Assembly (NCBI GenBank): GCA_021815445.1
Contig: JAKAGM010000001.1
Location: 299,527 to 363,526, forward strand
DNA length: 64,000 nt
Source of the DNA: a bacterium
GTDB lineage: Bacteria; Patescibacteriota; Patescibacteriia; UBA10025
Direction of reading: 5' to 3'
The notes under the pieces are model-generated. The model ran no database searches. It was not told where the DNA came from and saw only the letters and a list, made by a program, of their open reading frames with translations. This document shows, piece by piece, positions 1 through 9,074 of this stretch; position 1 is the first letter of the stretch, and each line of letters opens with the position of its first letter. A program made the translations under genes and the position numbers.

Positions 1-806
1 TGCTGTGAAAGATTCTGCTCCGATTTCGTCTGAAAGAGAATATGGCGCGCGCGCACCTCAAGTGCAGATTGTCCATTTTCCTGCACCGTTTTCTCTTCTT
101 CTTTTTTTATAATATGGTATCCGTATGATGTTTGGACGAGTTCATGAGTGATTTCCCCCACCTTCAGCTTGTCGAAAATCTGCGCATCAAATTCCGGAAC
201 AAGTTGGCCTCTTTTGACAAACCCTAGGTCACCCCCAAGTTTTTTGCCGCTTGCATCAGTGTTTCCCGGATCTTCCGAGTATTTATTAGCAAGCGCTGGA
301 AAATCAGCGCCAGGTTTGATCGCATCTGCGAGTACGTTCTCGGCTTTCTGTTTTTGGCTGTCATTATAGGCTTTCAATGCTTCCTTTTGCCCGGCATCCA
401 ATGTCTGCGCCCCTTGCTCGCGAAATTCAAGCAGTGGAGTTTCCCCTATCTGCTTAATTGCGTCCTGAATGTCCGTTACGCCAGGTAATTCAACAATCAC
501 GCGCCATGTGCTTCCAGTTTGGTTCGTTTGTACGATGGGTTCTGAAACGCCAAAAGCGTTCACGCGACGTTCAATGACGTCCCGCACACCTTCAGCGGCA
601 TTTTGTTTGTCCGCTGAGGCAAGCTGGCTGGTGTCGGCCGTGTAAACAAGTTCTGCGCCACCTTTGAGATCAAGCCCAAGATGAACTTTAAGCTCGCGCA
701 CCGTTGAGCCAATTTTTAAGTTGGGCCCTTTGGGATAATCAACGAGGCCTGCAAGCGCCGCGAGGATGAGTATACTAGCAAATGTTATCCAAACTTTTCT
801 GCGCAT
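1..806 (-). CDS. secD: Protein translocase subunit SecD, N-terminal part (runs off the window start), with an inserted parvulin-type PPIase domain
   Basis: Not in the ORF track; translated manually from ATG at 806: MRRKVWITFASILILAALAGLVDYP..LGLDLKGGAELVY..VIERRVNAFGVSEPIVQ..RVIVELPGV..IGETPLLEF (SecD signatures), then DFPALANKYSED..GGDLGF..LVPEF..YGYHII..VRARHIL (parvulin motifs). Confidence 0.93.
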   Translation of the reverse strand, partial: MRRKVWITFASILILAALAGLVDYPKGPNLKIGSTVRELKVHLGLDLKGGAELVYTADTSQLASADKQNAAEGVRDVIERRVNAFGVSEPIVQTNQTGSTWRVIVELPGVTDIQDAIKQIGETPLLEFREQGAQTLDAGQKEALKAYNDSQKQKAENVLADAIKPGADFPALANKYSEDPGNTDASGKKLGGDLGFVKRGQLVPEFDAQIFDKLKVGEITHELVQTSYGYHIIKKEEEKTVQENGQSALEVRARHILFQTKSEQNLSQ

Positions 807-830
807 GGAAATGTTAGAGTTATGTATCAC

Positions 831-859
831 ATCTTAGCATAGCCAAAAAACGCCCGCAA
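831..859 (-). promoter_or_regulatory. Putative sigma70 promoter of secD (TTGCGG-17-TAAGAT, extended -10 TG)
   Basis: Hexamers with 17-bp spacing about 25 nt upstream of the ATG. Confidence 0.55.
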
Positions 860-901
860 TACACTAGCCGGGCGAGCGCAAAACTGCGGATCGCGGCTTT
901 C

Positions 902-2308
902 TTAATCTCTGACTACCACCTTCGTGCCCATCGGAGCCCATTGATAAAGCCACTGTGCTTGCGAGTAGGGAATGTTCACGCAGCCGTGACTTTTCCTCCT
1001 GCCGAAATCATTATGCCAGTATGCTCCGTGAAGAAATCGAGGCCCGTCGTATCGCATATTCCAAAGGGTATTTGGAAGGTAATAACCGGGACCCTGATAC
1101 AGTTTTGAATACGTTTTTTCATAAATATTAAACGTCCCCTTGTGCGTGTCATACCCTGGTAATCCCGTGGAAACAAGAAAGCTGCGGACAACGCGGCCAT
1201 ACTCATACGCATATAATCTTTGCTCGTTTAAACTCACCTCTATGTATTTGGGGACATCGGTTTTCCCGTCGGCATTCCAGCTCGCAGGCGCAGTCACAAC
1301 TTCATCCTTGCCGTCACGCGTGAGGTCGCCTGCGGCGACATTAACACCTCCCCTAAAATCACTTTCATAGGAGAAAAAGTTTATTGCGTAGGGCTTTCCA
1401 TTTCCGTTGAACACCCGCACCTGCGGTCCGCCGCCTGACCGAGCTCCAACAATTATTTCATCAACCCCATTTCCATCAATGTCTCCTGACGACAAATCAA
1501 CTCCCCCCTTAAAACTGTCGCCGAAGGCCTTGAACATTCCAAAAGTAGTTTCTTTTCCCGCTCTGTTTACCACCTTTATCCAGGACAAATCCTGGCTTTG
1601 CACACCTGTAACGATTTCCGTGCTTGTGCCACCATTAACATTCGCAGTTGCTACCGTCACGCCGCCGCGGAAATTTCTATCAAAGGCAAAAAAGCTATCC
1701 ATTGGATGGCCAAAGCGGTTGAAAATCCGTACCTGCGGTCCGCCTCCGGGACCTGCGCCTACAATGATTTCTTTCTGACCGTCTCCGTTATAATCACCAA
1801 TGGCAATATTCACTCCTCCCCGGAATGATTCATTAAACGCATAAAAACCGGGTGTAAATTTCTGATGCCCGTTGACGTCAAAAACCCGCACATGGGGAGC
1901 TCCCCCTTGACGTGGCGCCGTAATTATTTCTTCCCGGCCATCACCGTCAAGATCGCCGACGGCAACATTAATCCCCGAACGCATATTTCGGTTATACGCA
2001 AGAAAGTGTGAGACCTCGCTTCCGTCTGCCCGGAGCACACGCACATTTGGTTCACCGCCCTGTCCCGGCGCAGTAACAATATCATCCAATCCAGTATCCT
2101 CAAGGTCTCCTACGGCTATCTGCACTCCCCCTTGAAATTTCTTGTCATACGGCACAATTGTTTTCTCGACCGTGTTCTGCTGGAACACCCTCACCTCGGG
2201 TGCGCGGGTGAAAGCAGCGTGGGCACTCGGTGCGGTAAAAACGAAAAGAACGCACAGGATAAATGTCCCAGCAAAAAAGAAGGGGTATGAGATAACTTTT
2301 GTTTTCAT
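902..2308 (-). CDS. Secreted FG-GAP-repeat beta-propeller protein with C-terminal L,D-transpeptidase (YkuD) domain
   Basis: Signal peptide ending AHA; six repeats of type GGV.IA.GD.DGDG..EI..AP..GG.P.VRVF; C-terminal IEVSLNEQRLYAY..VSTG..HGAYWH..SHGCVN (YkuD His/Cys motif). Confidence 0.9.
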   Translation of the reverse strand: MKTKVISYPFFFAGTFILCVLFVFTAPSAHAAFTRAPEVRVFQQNTVEKTIVPYDKKFQGGVQIAVGDLEDTGLDDIVTAPGQGGEPNVRVLRADGSEVSHFLAYNRNMRSGINVAVGDLDGDGREEIITAPRQGGAPHVRVFDVNGHQKFTPGFYAFNESFRGGVNIAIGDYNGDGQKEIIVGAGPGGGPQVRIFNRFGHPMDSFFAFDRNFRGGVTVATANVNGGTSTEIVTGVQSQDLSWIKVVNRAGKETTFGMFKAFGDSFKGGVDLSSGDIDGNGVDEIIVGARSGGGPQVRVFNGNGKPYAINFFSYESDFRGGVNVAAGDLTRDGKDEVVTAPASWNADGKTDVPKYIEVSLNEQRLYAYEYGRVVRSFLVSTGLPGYDTHKGTFNIYEKTYSKLYQGPGYYLPNTLWNMRYDGPRFLHGAYWHNDFGRRKSHGCVNIPYSQAQWLYQWAPMGTKVVVRD

Positions 2309-2344
2309 TTTGATTTTATTGGCTTTTTTTGATTTTCTGTTTAT

Positions 2345-2373
2345 AGTATACCATCAAAACTCCTTTTTGTAAA
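2345..2373 (-). promoter_or_regulatory. Putative sigma70 promoter of the FG-GAP/L,D-transpeptidase gene (TTTACA-17-TATACT, extended TG)
   Basis: Near-consensus hexamers with 17-bp spacer. Confidence 0.6.
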
Positions 2374-2415
2374 GGGTAGGATGGCTATTCCTCTTGTTGC
2401 TATGACTACAGGAAA

Positions 2416-5163
2416 CTAAACAGTTCTCATCCTTCTTTGGTGCTCTTCGGTGTTGATCAGCCCGCACTTCTTATATTTCACGCCTGAGCCGCAAGGGCAG
2501 GGGTCGTTACGCCCAACTTTTTCCCCGTCAGAAGTTTTTGGCGTAGCTGATAATTGAGGCTTTTGCTCAGGATGAGGTTGCGCAGAGGACGATATGCTTT
2601 GAAATTGGCTTGGTTCGGACATCGAGATATTCGGAGTTTCGTGTAAGCGCTGAGCAAGCGGGGTTTCGGCCACAGCCTTCGCTGCGGCAACTTTATAGAT
2701 AGAATACACAATCTGCTTCTGTATATTATTCATTAACTCGGTAAAAAGTCTGTAAGCTTCTTTTTTGTACTCGACGAGAGGATCCTGCTGCGCATATCCG
2801 CGAAGACCTATTCCTTGACGCAGATGGTCCATGAGATCCAGGTGTTCTATCCAAAGCGTATCGATAGCCCTTAGATAGAGCGCACGCTCAATAGTATCCA
2901 TGAGGTCTGCATCATTCACCCGGCCGATCAATTCCTGATAGGACTTACTGGCGAGAGATGTAAGATACCCGATAATCGCAGTACGTGCTGTCGGTTCTTT
3001 CGGCATATCAGCAACATGACCGCGCATGTCCTCAAGCTTAATTCTGTCCTGAAGCGATATGGGGAAAATAGTGTCGACGACTTCATAGATCTCATCAATA
3101 TTCCAACGTGTTTGGTCGGGGTCCGAGGAGTGGAAAGAAACCACCTGCTCTATTTCTTGAGTTATCAGTTCCATGATTCTGGATCTGACATTTTTTTGTC
3201 CCTCGGCGAGCTTTGGGTTCGCTCCTCCCAGGATGCCCCTTCGGAGGCCGTATACTACCTCTCTGTGTTTATTAATAACATCGTCGTACTCTACAATATG
3301 CTTGCGAATATCAAAATTATGCCCCTCAACTTTTTTCTGGGCCGATTCTATTGATCTCGAAATCATCCTGTTCTCAATAGGCATATCATCAGGCACTCCG
3401 AGCCTATCCATCATGCCCTTCATCCTGTCCGACCCGAAAATGCGCATGAGGTCATCCTCCATGGAGACGTAAAACTGGCTTGAACCCGGATCGCCCTGGC
3501 GTCCGGAGCGTCCGCGCAACTGGTTGTCTATGCGCCGTGATTCATGCCGCTCAGTGCCTATCATATGCAGCCCTCCAAGCGACCGAACTTCATCGGCAAG
3601 TTTACTGTCAGGAGGATTCCCCCCTAAAATAATGTCGACTCCCCTACCAGCCATATTCGTCGCCACGGTGACAGCCCCCTTCCGTCCGGCTTGGGCGATA
3701 ATGAGCGCTTCTTTTTCATGGTTCTTAGCGTTTAAAATACTGCATTCGATCCCCTCCCTGCTGAGAATTTCGGCGACGAGCTCATTTTTTTCGATGGAGA
3801 TGGTCCCGATAAGCAGGGGCTGGCCGAGCTCATGACGGGTCTTGATCTCCCGAGCAAGCGCCTGAAACTTCCCTTTTTCATTTTTATATACGCGATCAGG
3901 CAGGTCCTTGCGTATCATCTCTTTATTGGGAGGGACCTGCACTGTTTCCAGTCGGTATATTTTGGCGAATTCCTCGGCTTCCGTTGCAGCGGTCCCGGTC
4001 ATGCCGGAAAGTTTTTTGTATAGCCTGAAATAATTCTGGAACGTTATTGTTGCGAGCGTTTGGCTTTCCTGTTTCACTTCTACGCCCTCTTTCGCCTCAA
4101 TTGCCTGGTGTAATCCTTCGGAGTAACGCCGTCCATACATGAGCCGGCCGGTAAACTCATCTACTATAATAATTTCACCCTCGCGGACCACATAATCACG
4201 ATCACGCTTAAATAGCGCCTTTGCCTTGAGCGCCTGCTCAACATGATGGACATTTTCTATTCCACCAGCCTCATAAATATTGCCGATGCCCAGAGAGCGC
4301 TCAATTTTAGTCATGCCTTCCTGGGTAAGTGAGGCGGCGCGCATTTTTTCATCAACATTATAGTCGGGTCCCTCTTCTAACCTTTGAACTAGCTGTGCGA
4401 ATTTATAATACAGCTGACTGGAATCCTCTGCCGGAGCGGATATGATAAGGGGGGTTCGCGCTTCGTCAATGAGGATACTGTCCACCTCATCCACTATGGC
4501 GAAGTTAAGCGACCTCTGCACACATTGCTCAAACGAGGGGGCCATATTGTCACGAAGGTAATCAAAACCGAATTCATTATTCGTGCCGTACGTAATATCA
4601 GCCGCGTAAGCTTCCTGCCTCAGTACCGGACGCAGGAAATTGGTTTGCGGGTCCTTACTCTCATACGAGGAGTCGTAGAGAAACGCTGCGTCATGCTGGA
4701 TACATGCAACGGACAGCCCGAGCGCTTCATAGAGCGGACCCATCCATGCGGTGTCCCGTTTGGCCAGATAGTCATTGACTGTTACCACATGCACTCCTTT
4801 TTGCGAAAGGGTGTTCAGACAAACGGCGAGCGTAGCAGCTAAGGTCTTGCCCTCCCCTGTCTTCATCTCAGCAACTTTGCCTTCATGTAAAACCATCCCG
4901 CCGATAAGCTGGACGTCAAAATGGCGCATGTGTAAGCTGCGCCTACTCTGCTCCCGTACAAGGGCAAATACGTCGGTGAGTATTTGGTCTATGGAGGTAC
5001 CCTGTTCGACCTTTTTTTTATATTCGATAAACAATCCGCGAAGTTTATCATCGGGAAGTTTTTTTAGGTTATCCTCAGCTGCATTAATGCTACGAACCTT
5101 CGATAGATAAGTATTGAGTGTGCGCCTATTCGGATCACCAAATAGGGTATGAAAAAGTGACAT
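2416..5163 (-). CDS. secA: Preprotein translocase ATPase SecA
   Basis: EMKTGEGKT, DEVDSILIDEARTPLIIS, ATNMAGRG, RIDNQLRGRSGRQGDPG, C-terminal GRNDPCPCGSG. Confidence 0.99.
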   Translation of the reverse strand: MSLFHTLFGDPNRRTLNTYLSKVRSINAAEDNLKKLPDDKLRGLFIEYKKKVEQGTSIDQILTDVFALVREQSRRSLHMRHFDVQLIGGMVLHEGKVAEMKTGEGKTLAATLAVCLNTLSQKGVHVVTVNDYLAKRDTAWMGPLYEALGLSVACIQHDAAFLYDSSYESKDPQTNFLRPVLRQEAYAADITYGTNNEFGFDYLRDNMAPSFEQCVQRSLNFAIVDEVDSILIDEARTPLIISAPAEDSSQLYYKFAQLVQRLEEGPDYNVDEKMRAASLTQEGMTKIERSLGIGNIYEAGGIENVHHVEQALKAKALFKRDRDYVVREGEIIIVDEFTGRLMYGRRYSEGLHQAIEAKEGVEVKQESQTLATITFQNYFRLYKKLSGMTGTAATEAEEFAKIYRLETVQVPPNKEMIRKDLPDRVYKNEKGKFQALAREIKTRHELGQPLLIGTISIEKNELVAEILSREGIECSILNAKNHEKEALIIAQAGRKGAVTVATNMAGRGVDIILGGNPPDSKLADEVRSLGGLHMIGTERHESRRIDNQLRGRSGRQGDPGSSQFYVSMEDDLMRIFGSDRMKGMMDRLGVPDDMPIENRMISRSIESAQKKVEGHNFDIRKHIVEYDDVINKHREVVYGLRRGILGGANPKLAEGQKNVRSRIMELITQEIEQVVSFHSSDPDQTRWNIDEIYEVVDTIFPISLQDRIKLEDMRGHVADMPKEPTARTAIIGYLTSLASKSYQELIGRVNDADLMDTIERALYLRAIDTLWIEHLDLMDHLRQGIGLRGYAQQDPLVEYKKEAYRLFTELMNNIQKQIVYSIYKVAAAKAVAETPLAQRLHETPNISMSEPSQFQSISSSAQPHPEQKPQLSATPKTSDGEKVGRNDPCPCGSGVKYKKCGLINTEEHQRRMRTV

Positions 5164-5173
5164 AGTGATGCTT

Positions 5174-5201
5174 ATTGTATCGCGTTTGGACTAAAAGTAA
5201 A
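5174..5201 (-). promoter_or_regulatory. Putative sigma70 promoter of secA (TTTACT-16-TACAAT), very short leader
   Basis: The -10 hexamer ends 10 nt before the ATG. Confidence 0.45.
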
Positions 5202-5247
5202 AGAGGGCGCTTGACCCCCTTATGTTCGTTGCTCACGGCTGAAACAC

Positions 5248-6135
5248 TTATGCTCCTTTCGGAATTCGTTTGGGATATGACTTGTAGCAAATCAGCTTGT
5301 GCACGATTTTTGCCGCAATAAAGTCAGGCGCTGCGACTCCAGGGATTGGCGCTAGCTCGACTACATCGGCGCCAACAACATTGCATGATCGGAAAACGAA
5401 ACGCAGTGTACTCATGAGGTCATCCCAAGTCCAACCTCCTGGCTCAGGAGTTCCTGTCGCGTGCATGAAGGATGGATCGAGGACATCAAGATCAATTGTC
5501 AAGTAGACGTGCTTTGTTAAACGGCCAAGTACCGCCTCAAATGGGGGCGGGCTGCCGTAGAAGACGTCATGCTGCCATCGGCGTGTGGAAATCGCTCGAG
5601 CTTCCTCGGCGCATTGACTTCGAATGCCGCATTGCACTACGTTCGAGACGACCTCTCGGCAACGTTTCATCACACATGCATGATTATATCGAGATCCCTC
5701 GTACTTCTCACGCAAATCGGTGTGCGCGTCAAGCTGGAGAATTGAAAGGTCATTGTACTTTCTTTGATACCCCCGCACAGCTCCAAGGGTAATAGAGTGT
5801 TCGCCGCCCAGCGTAATCTGAAATTTCCCGTATTGGGCGTTTTTTGCCGTAACGTGCTGAACCATATTAATCACCTGCGCCGGTGAATCAGTGGAAGGTT
5901 CCAGCTCGGGAAGCGTATATACCGGCAGTTTCGAAATATCTTGCTTCAATTCAATATCATAGAGCTCGACCTGCCTCGATGCTGTAATAATCGCTTGAGG
6001 GCCGAGACTCGTTCCGTGCTGATATGAAACAGTGCCTTCATATGGCACGGGAAAAATGACGACCCGGGACTTCTTGAAGTTCGGGTTTTCGATGCCGTAA
6101 TAATTATACGGGGGGCGTAGAGAGACTAAAGACAT
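5248..6135 (-). CDS. speB: Agmatinase
   Basis: Ureohydrolase Mn-binding motifs GGEHSIT, DAHTDLR, IDLDVLDP, TGTPEPGG; directly downstream of arginine decarboxylase. Confidence 0.93.
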   Translation of the reverse strand: MSLVSLRPPYNYYGIENPNFKKSRVVIFPVPYEGTVSYQHGTSLGPQAIITASRQVELYDIELKQDISKLPVYTLPELEPSTDSPAQVINMVQHVTAKNAQYGKFQITLGGEHSITLGAVRGYQRKYNDLSILQLDAHTDLREKYEGSRYNHACVMKRCREVVSNVVQCGIRSQCAEEARAISTRRWQHDVFYGSPPPFEAVLGRLTKHVYLTIDLDVLDPSFMHATGTPEPGGWTWDDLMSTLRFVFRSCNVVGADVVELAPIPGVAAPDFIAAKIVHKLICYKSYPKRIPKGA

Positions 6136-6141
6136 AATAAG

Positions 6142-7683
6142 CTACCAACCAAAGAGTTTTCCCACTTCTTCTGCCGATTCTCGACGGCGTATTGTTTTCG
6201 CCTCACCGCTCGAAAGACTTATTTTAGCAGGAGAGGACAATAGGCAGTGATGCGAAGCAAGGGCGTCCTGATATGCTCCTGTGTCTAGGAAGGCCACATA
6301 GAGATTCTCCCCCTCTGGCAGATCCTCGAGCCGAGGAAGCAGAAGGTAAGCCCCGTGCGCAATGTATTTATCATCTGTGTCACAACTCAATCCTGCAAAC
6401 CAGCATCGGTGAAACTTTCGCGCGTCAAGCTTATTGATCGGAACAACGTGCCACATCTGGTGTATGGCCCAAGTATCGAGAAGATCGTTCATAAAACTCC
6501 CATCGATGATATACCACTTACGGGCATTCCCCTTGGGAATGTTCTTCATGGAGATGACTTTAAAAACCGAAATTTGCGCCGGTGCGATGATATAGCGCCC
6601 CCATTCACAGATAATATCTGGGTGATTTATTTTTTTCGATTCGCAAAAATGAACCATAAACTTGATAAGCTTCCTGACGAGATTATCGACACTGATGACT
6701 TTTGTGCGCTCGTAAGGTATCGGCATCCCGCCGCCGATATCCAATGTGTCTAATGACGGGTTAATTTTCTGTAAACGTACATAAAACTGCATTGCGCGTT
6801 TTACTGTATCAAGTATGTGTTTTGGTTGCTCAATTTGCGAGCCAACGTGATAGTGGAGTATTTTTAGGTTCTTTATCTTGCCAAGACGGAGAATTTCACG
6901 AGGAAGAAGCCCGAACCTGTTAATTCGCTTGTCCCAATGGGAATCGACTGAGACGTCAAGGTCTATGCGAATGCCGACATCTCCTCGGAATGCTTTTAAA
7001 AGTTCGTACTCATGGAGATCTTCGATGATGGGAATAATTTTCAGGTCATTACGCAGTAATTCATCGATCAGCTCAAGATACTTTTGATCCTTCGGGCCGT
7101 TACAGAGCACTTTTATTTTCGGATTGAAATTTTCCTGCTCCCACATCCTCTTGACTAAGTAGAGCTCATTATACGAGGCAACTTCGAGATTAGCGCCCTC
7201 TCCGACGAGAGGAAGGATAAACTCCTTGTTTTGGTTCACCTTCATTGGGTAATGGTAAAAAAACTTGCCTTTGTAACGCGAGATCTTGATGTAGAAATTG
7301 AAAATACTCAATAGGTCATCAAGCCTGTCCTTTGCGATAAACGGAAAGAAAAGCTCAAGAGGCGTACCGAATTTCTTCACAAGCTCTTTGACATTGTACA
7401 GATAGTTTCCTTCTTGCACGATAAGCTCACCGTCTTTTGCAATGTCAAAAACGTCGGTGTTGAAATCGGCATTACCGAGCTTCCAGAATTTCTTCTGCTT
7501 TCTGCTCTGGGGGCTGTTATACTTACCGACCTCCGTCTTGACATCAAGAGGAGTCGGAATCTTCATCTCAGGGAGCCAGCGCGCTAATACTTTTTTTTGG
7601 CTGTCTCCATTTGCTTCACTGCCTTCTTTGGTCAGGGTTAAGCTCTTCCTCGTGGTTGGCGCTGCGGTAATATGGTTATTCAT
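6142..7683 (-). CDS. speA: PLP-dependent arginine decarboxylase (fold type III)
   Basis: YPMKVNQ (PLP lysine), HYHVGSQI, DIGGG, EWGRY, SCDTDD, GAYQD; paired with speB. Confidence 0.88.
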   Translation of the reverse strand: MNNHITAAPTTRKSLTLTKEGSEANGDSQKKVLARWLPEMKIPTPLDVKTEVGKYNSPQSRKQKKFWKLGNADFNTDVFDIAKDGELIVQEGNYLYNVKELVKKFGTPLELFFPFIAKDRLDDLLSIFNFYIKISRYKGKFFYHYPMKVNQNKEFILPLVGEGANLEVASYNELYLVKRMWEQENFNPKIKVLCNGPKDQKYLELIDELLRNDLKIIPIIEDLHEYELLKAFRGDVGIRIDLDVSVDSHWDKRINRFGLLPREILRLGKIKNLKILHYHVGSQIEQPKHILDTVKRAMQFYVRLQKINPSLDTLDIGGGMPIPYERTKVISVDNLVRKLIKFMVHFCESKKINHPDIICEWGRYIIAPAQISVFKVISMKNIPKGNARKWYIIDGSFMNDLLDTWAIHQMWHVVPINKLDARKFHRCWFAGLSCDTDDKYIAHGAYLLLPRLEDLPEGENLYVAFLDTGAYQDALASHHCLLSSPAKISLSSGEAKTIRRRESAEEVGKLFGW

Positions 7684-7751
7684 GTCTGGTTATAATATTT
7701 TTACAAATGGAATAGTATAGTTAAAACCTGAAAGACACAATGAAAAAAAGC

Positions 7752-7760
7752 TGTGGATAA
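7752..7760 (-). promoter_or_regulatory. Perfect DnaA box (TTATCCACA) in the hpf-speA intergenic region
   Basis: TGTGGATAA on the + strand; single copy. Confidence 0.45.
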
Positions 7761-7792
7761 CTCAGGAAATGGCCGCACGTTAAAATATGTAC

Positions 7793-8125
7793 CTACAGGA
7801 AGGAAGCGCGGGGGGACCTTTTCCTCTGCGACTGGAGTTTTTCCTTATACCGCTCGACTTGCCTGACTAACTTAGGCATACAAAGATCAATAGCTTCCTG
7901 TATGTGCTCAGCCCTCTCGCCAGCTTTAAAATATCGCCCATTGACTAGCGCTGATGCTTCAGCACGGAATCTGACGCCCGTAGTTTGATTTTTGTCAGCA
8001 TCGAGCTCAACTTTTATTTCCTGTATGGACTTAGAAAAATGTGAAAGCTTTGCCGTATGCTTGATAACATATGCTTTCAGGGTATCGGTGAGCTTAAAGT
8101 CTTTTGCAGATATAATAACGTTCAT
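7793..8125 (-). CDS. hpf: Ribosome hibernation promoting factor (short HPF/RaiA)
   Basis: MNVIISAKDFKLTDTLKAYV..KL..AIDL..KLVRQVERYKEK, typical S30AE pattern, 110 aa. Confidence 0.88.
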   Translation of the reverse strand: MNVIISAKDFKLTDTLKAYVIKHTAKLSHFSKSIQEIKVELDADKNQTTGVRFRAEASALVNGRYFKAGERAEHIQEAIDLCMPKLVRQVERYKEKLQSQRKRSPRASFL

Positions 8126-8133
8126 AATACAGA

Positions 8134-9021
8134 TTAGAATCCTACATATTTAATTTCTTCTTGAAGCTGTACGCCAAACTTGTCGCGGACTTGCTGTTTA
8201 ATATAGCTGATGAGAATAACGATATCTTCTGCGCGGGCGGCACCCGTATTAACGATAAAATTGGCGTGATCGGGAGAAACCATGGCTCCTCCAATCTTTT
8301 TACCTTTTAATCCGGCTTGCTCTATCAGCAGTCCGGCGGATTTTTGAGAAGGGTTCTTAAAAACGCACCCCGCGCATGCGTCACCCGCAGGTTGATGTCC
8401 TCGCTTTAAAATAAATTGACGGGCCAATTGCTTGATTTCAGCCGCAGGCGCGGAAGCAAGATCAAATTCAGCAGCGACAACCACTTCCTTGTCACTGTAC
8501 TTAAACCTGCTATATCGGTACGAGAAATCACACTGCGTTTTTGGAATTTTTTGCATTGTACCGTCCATCGACACGATGTGTACAAATGTTAAATGATCTG
8601 AAATCCATTTTTGCGAAGTGCCGGCGTTCCCTGCGACCGCCCCGCCGACAGTTCCTGGAATACCAGACAAATGCTCGAGCCCTGCGAGTCCGGCTTGCAT
8701 GGACTTCTGGACGCATTGCTGGAGCGGAGTGCCTGATTCTGCGACAAGATGGACACCGTCTATTGTCACCCCGACATTTCGGATACGAATGACCACCCCA
8801 TCAAAACCTTTGTCAGATACGAGGATATTACTTCCGCCGCCGAGGATAAAATGCGGAATCCCGAGTTCCACCGACGCGCGGACAGCCTTACCAATCTGCT
8901 CTCGGTTTTTAGCTTCGACGAAGTACTTAGCAGGACCGCCTATCTTAAATGTGGAGTATTGCGCCAAGGGTTCGTCAGTCTTGACGCCTGTAATGTAGTC
9001 AGCCAGCTTGCGCGATTTCAT
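8134..9021 (-). CDS. murB: UDP-N-acetylenolpyruvoylglucosamine reductase
   Basis: TFKIGGPA, LGGGSNIL, GIPGTVGGA, AGCVFKNP, HANFIVN. Confidence 0.97.
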   Translation of the reverse strand: MKSRKLADYITGVKTDEPLAQYSTFKIGGPAKYFVEAKNREQIGKAVRASVELGIPHFILGGGSNILVSDKGFDGVVIRIRNVGVTIDGVHLVAESGTPLQQCVQKSMQAGLAGLEHLSGIPGTVGGAVAGNAGTSQKWISDHLTFVHIVSMDGTMQKIPKTQCDFSYRYSRFKYSDKEVVVAAEFDLASAPAAEIKQLARQFILKRGHQPAGDACAGCVFKNPSQKSAGLLIEQAGLKGKKIGGAMVSPDHANFIVNTGAARAEDIVILISYIKQQVRDKFGVQLQEEIKYVGF

Positions 9022-9074
9022 ACTAGACAGTGTAGCACACTTTCGTTGATCCGAGTGGACACGCCGCCACCTGC

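Noticed and set aside
864-900. GC-rich imperfect hairpin downstream of the L,D-transpeptidase gene as a terminator or ncRNA
   Set aside because: The stem is bulged and lacks a clear U tract on the minus strand; insufficient support
1300-2130. Repeated DNA motifs (e.g. ACCTGCGGTCCGCC) as a CRISPR or tandem repeat array
   Set aside because: They are degenerate and in-frame, and encode the FG-GAP blades
7690-7792. Replication origin
   Set aside because: Only one DnaA box, a short gap, and no dnaA/dnaN nearby
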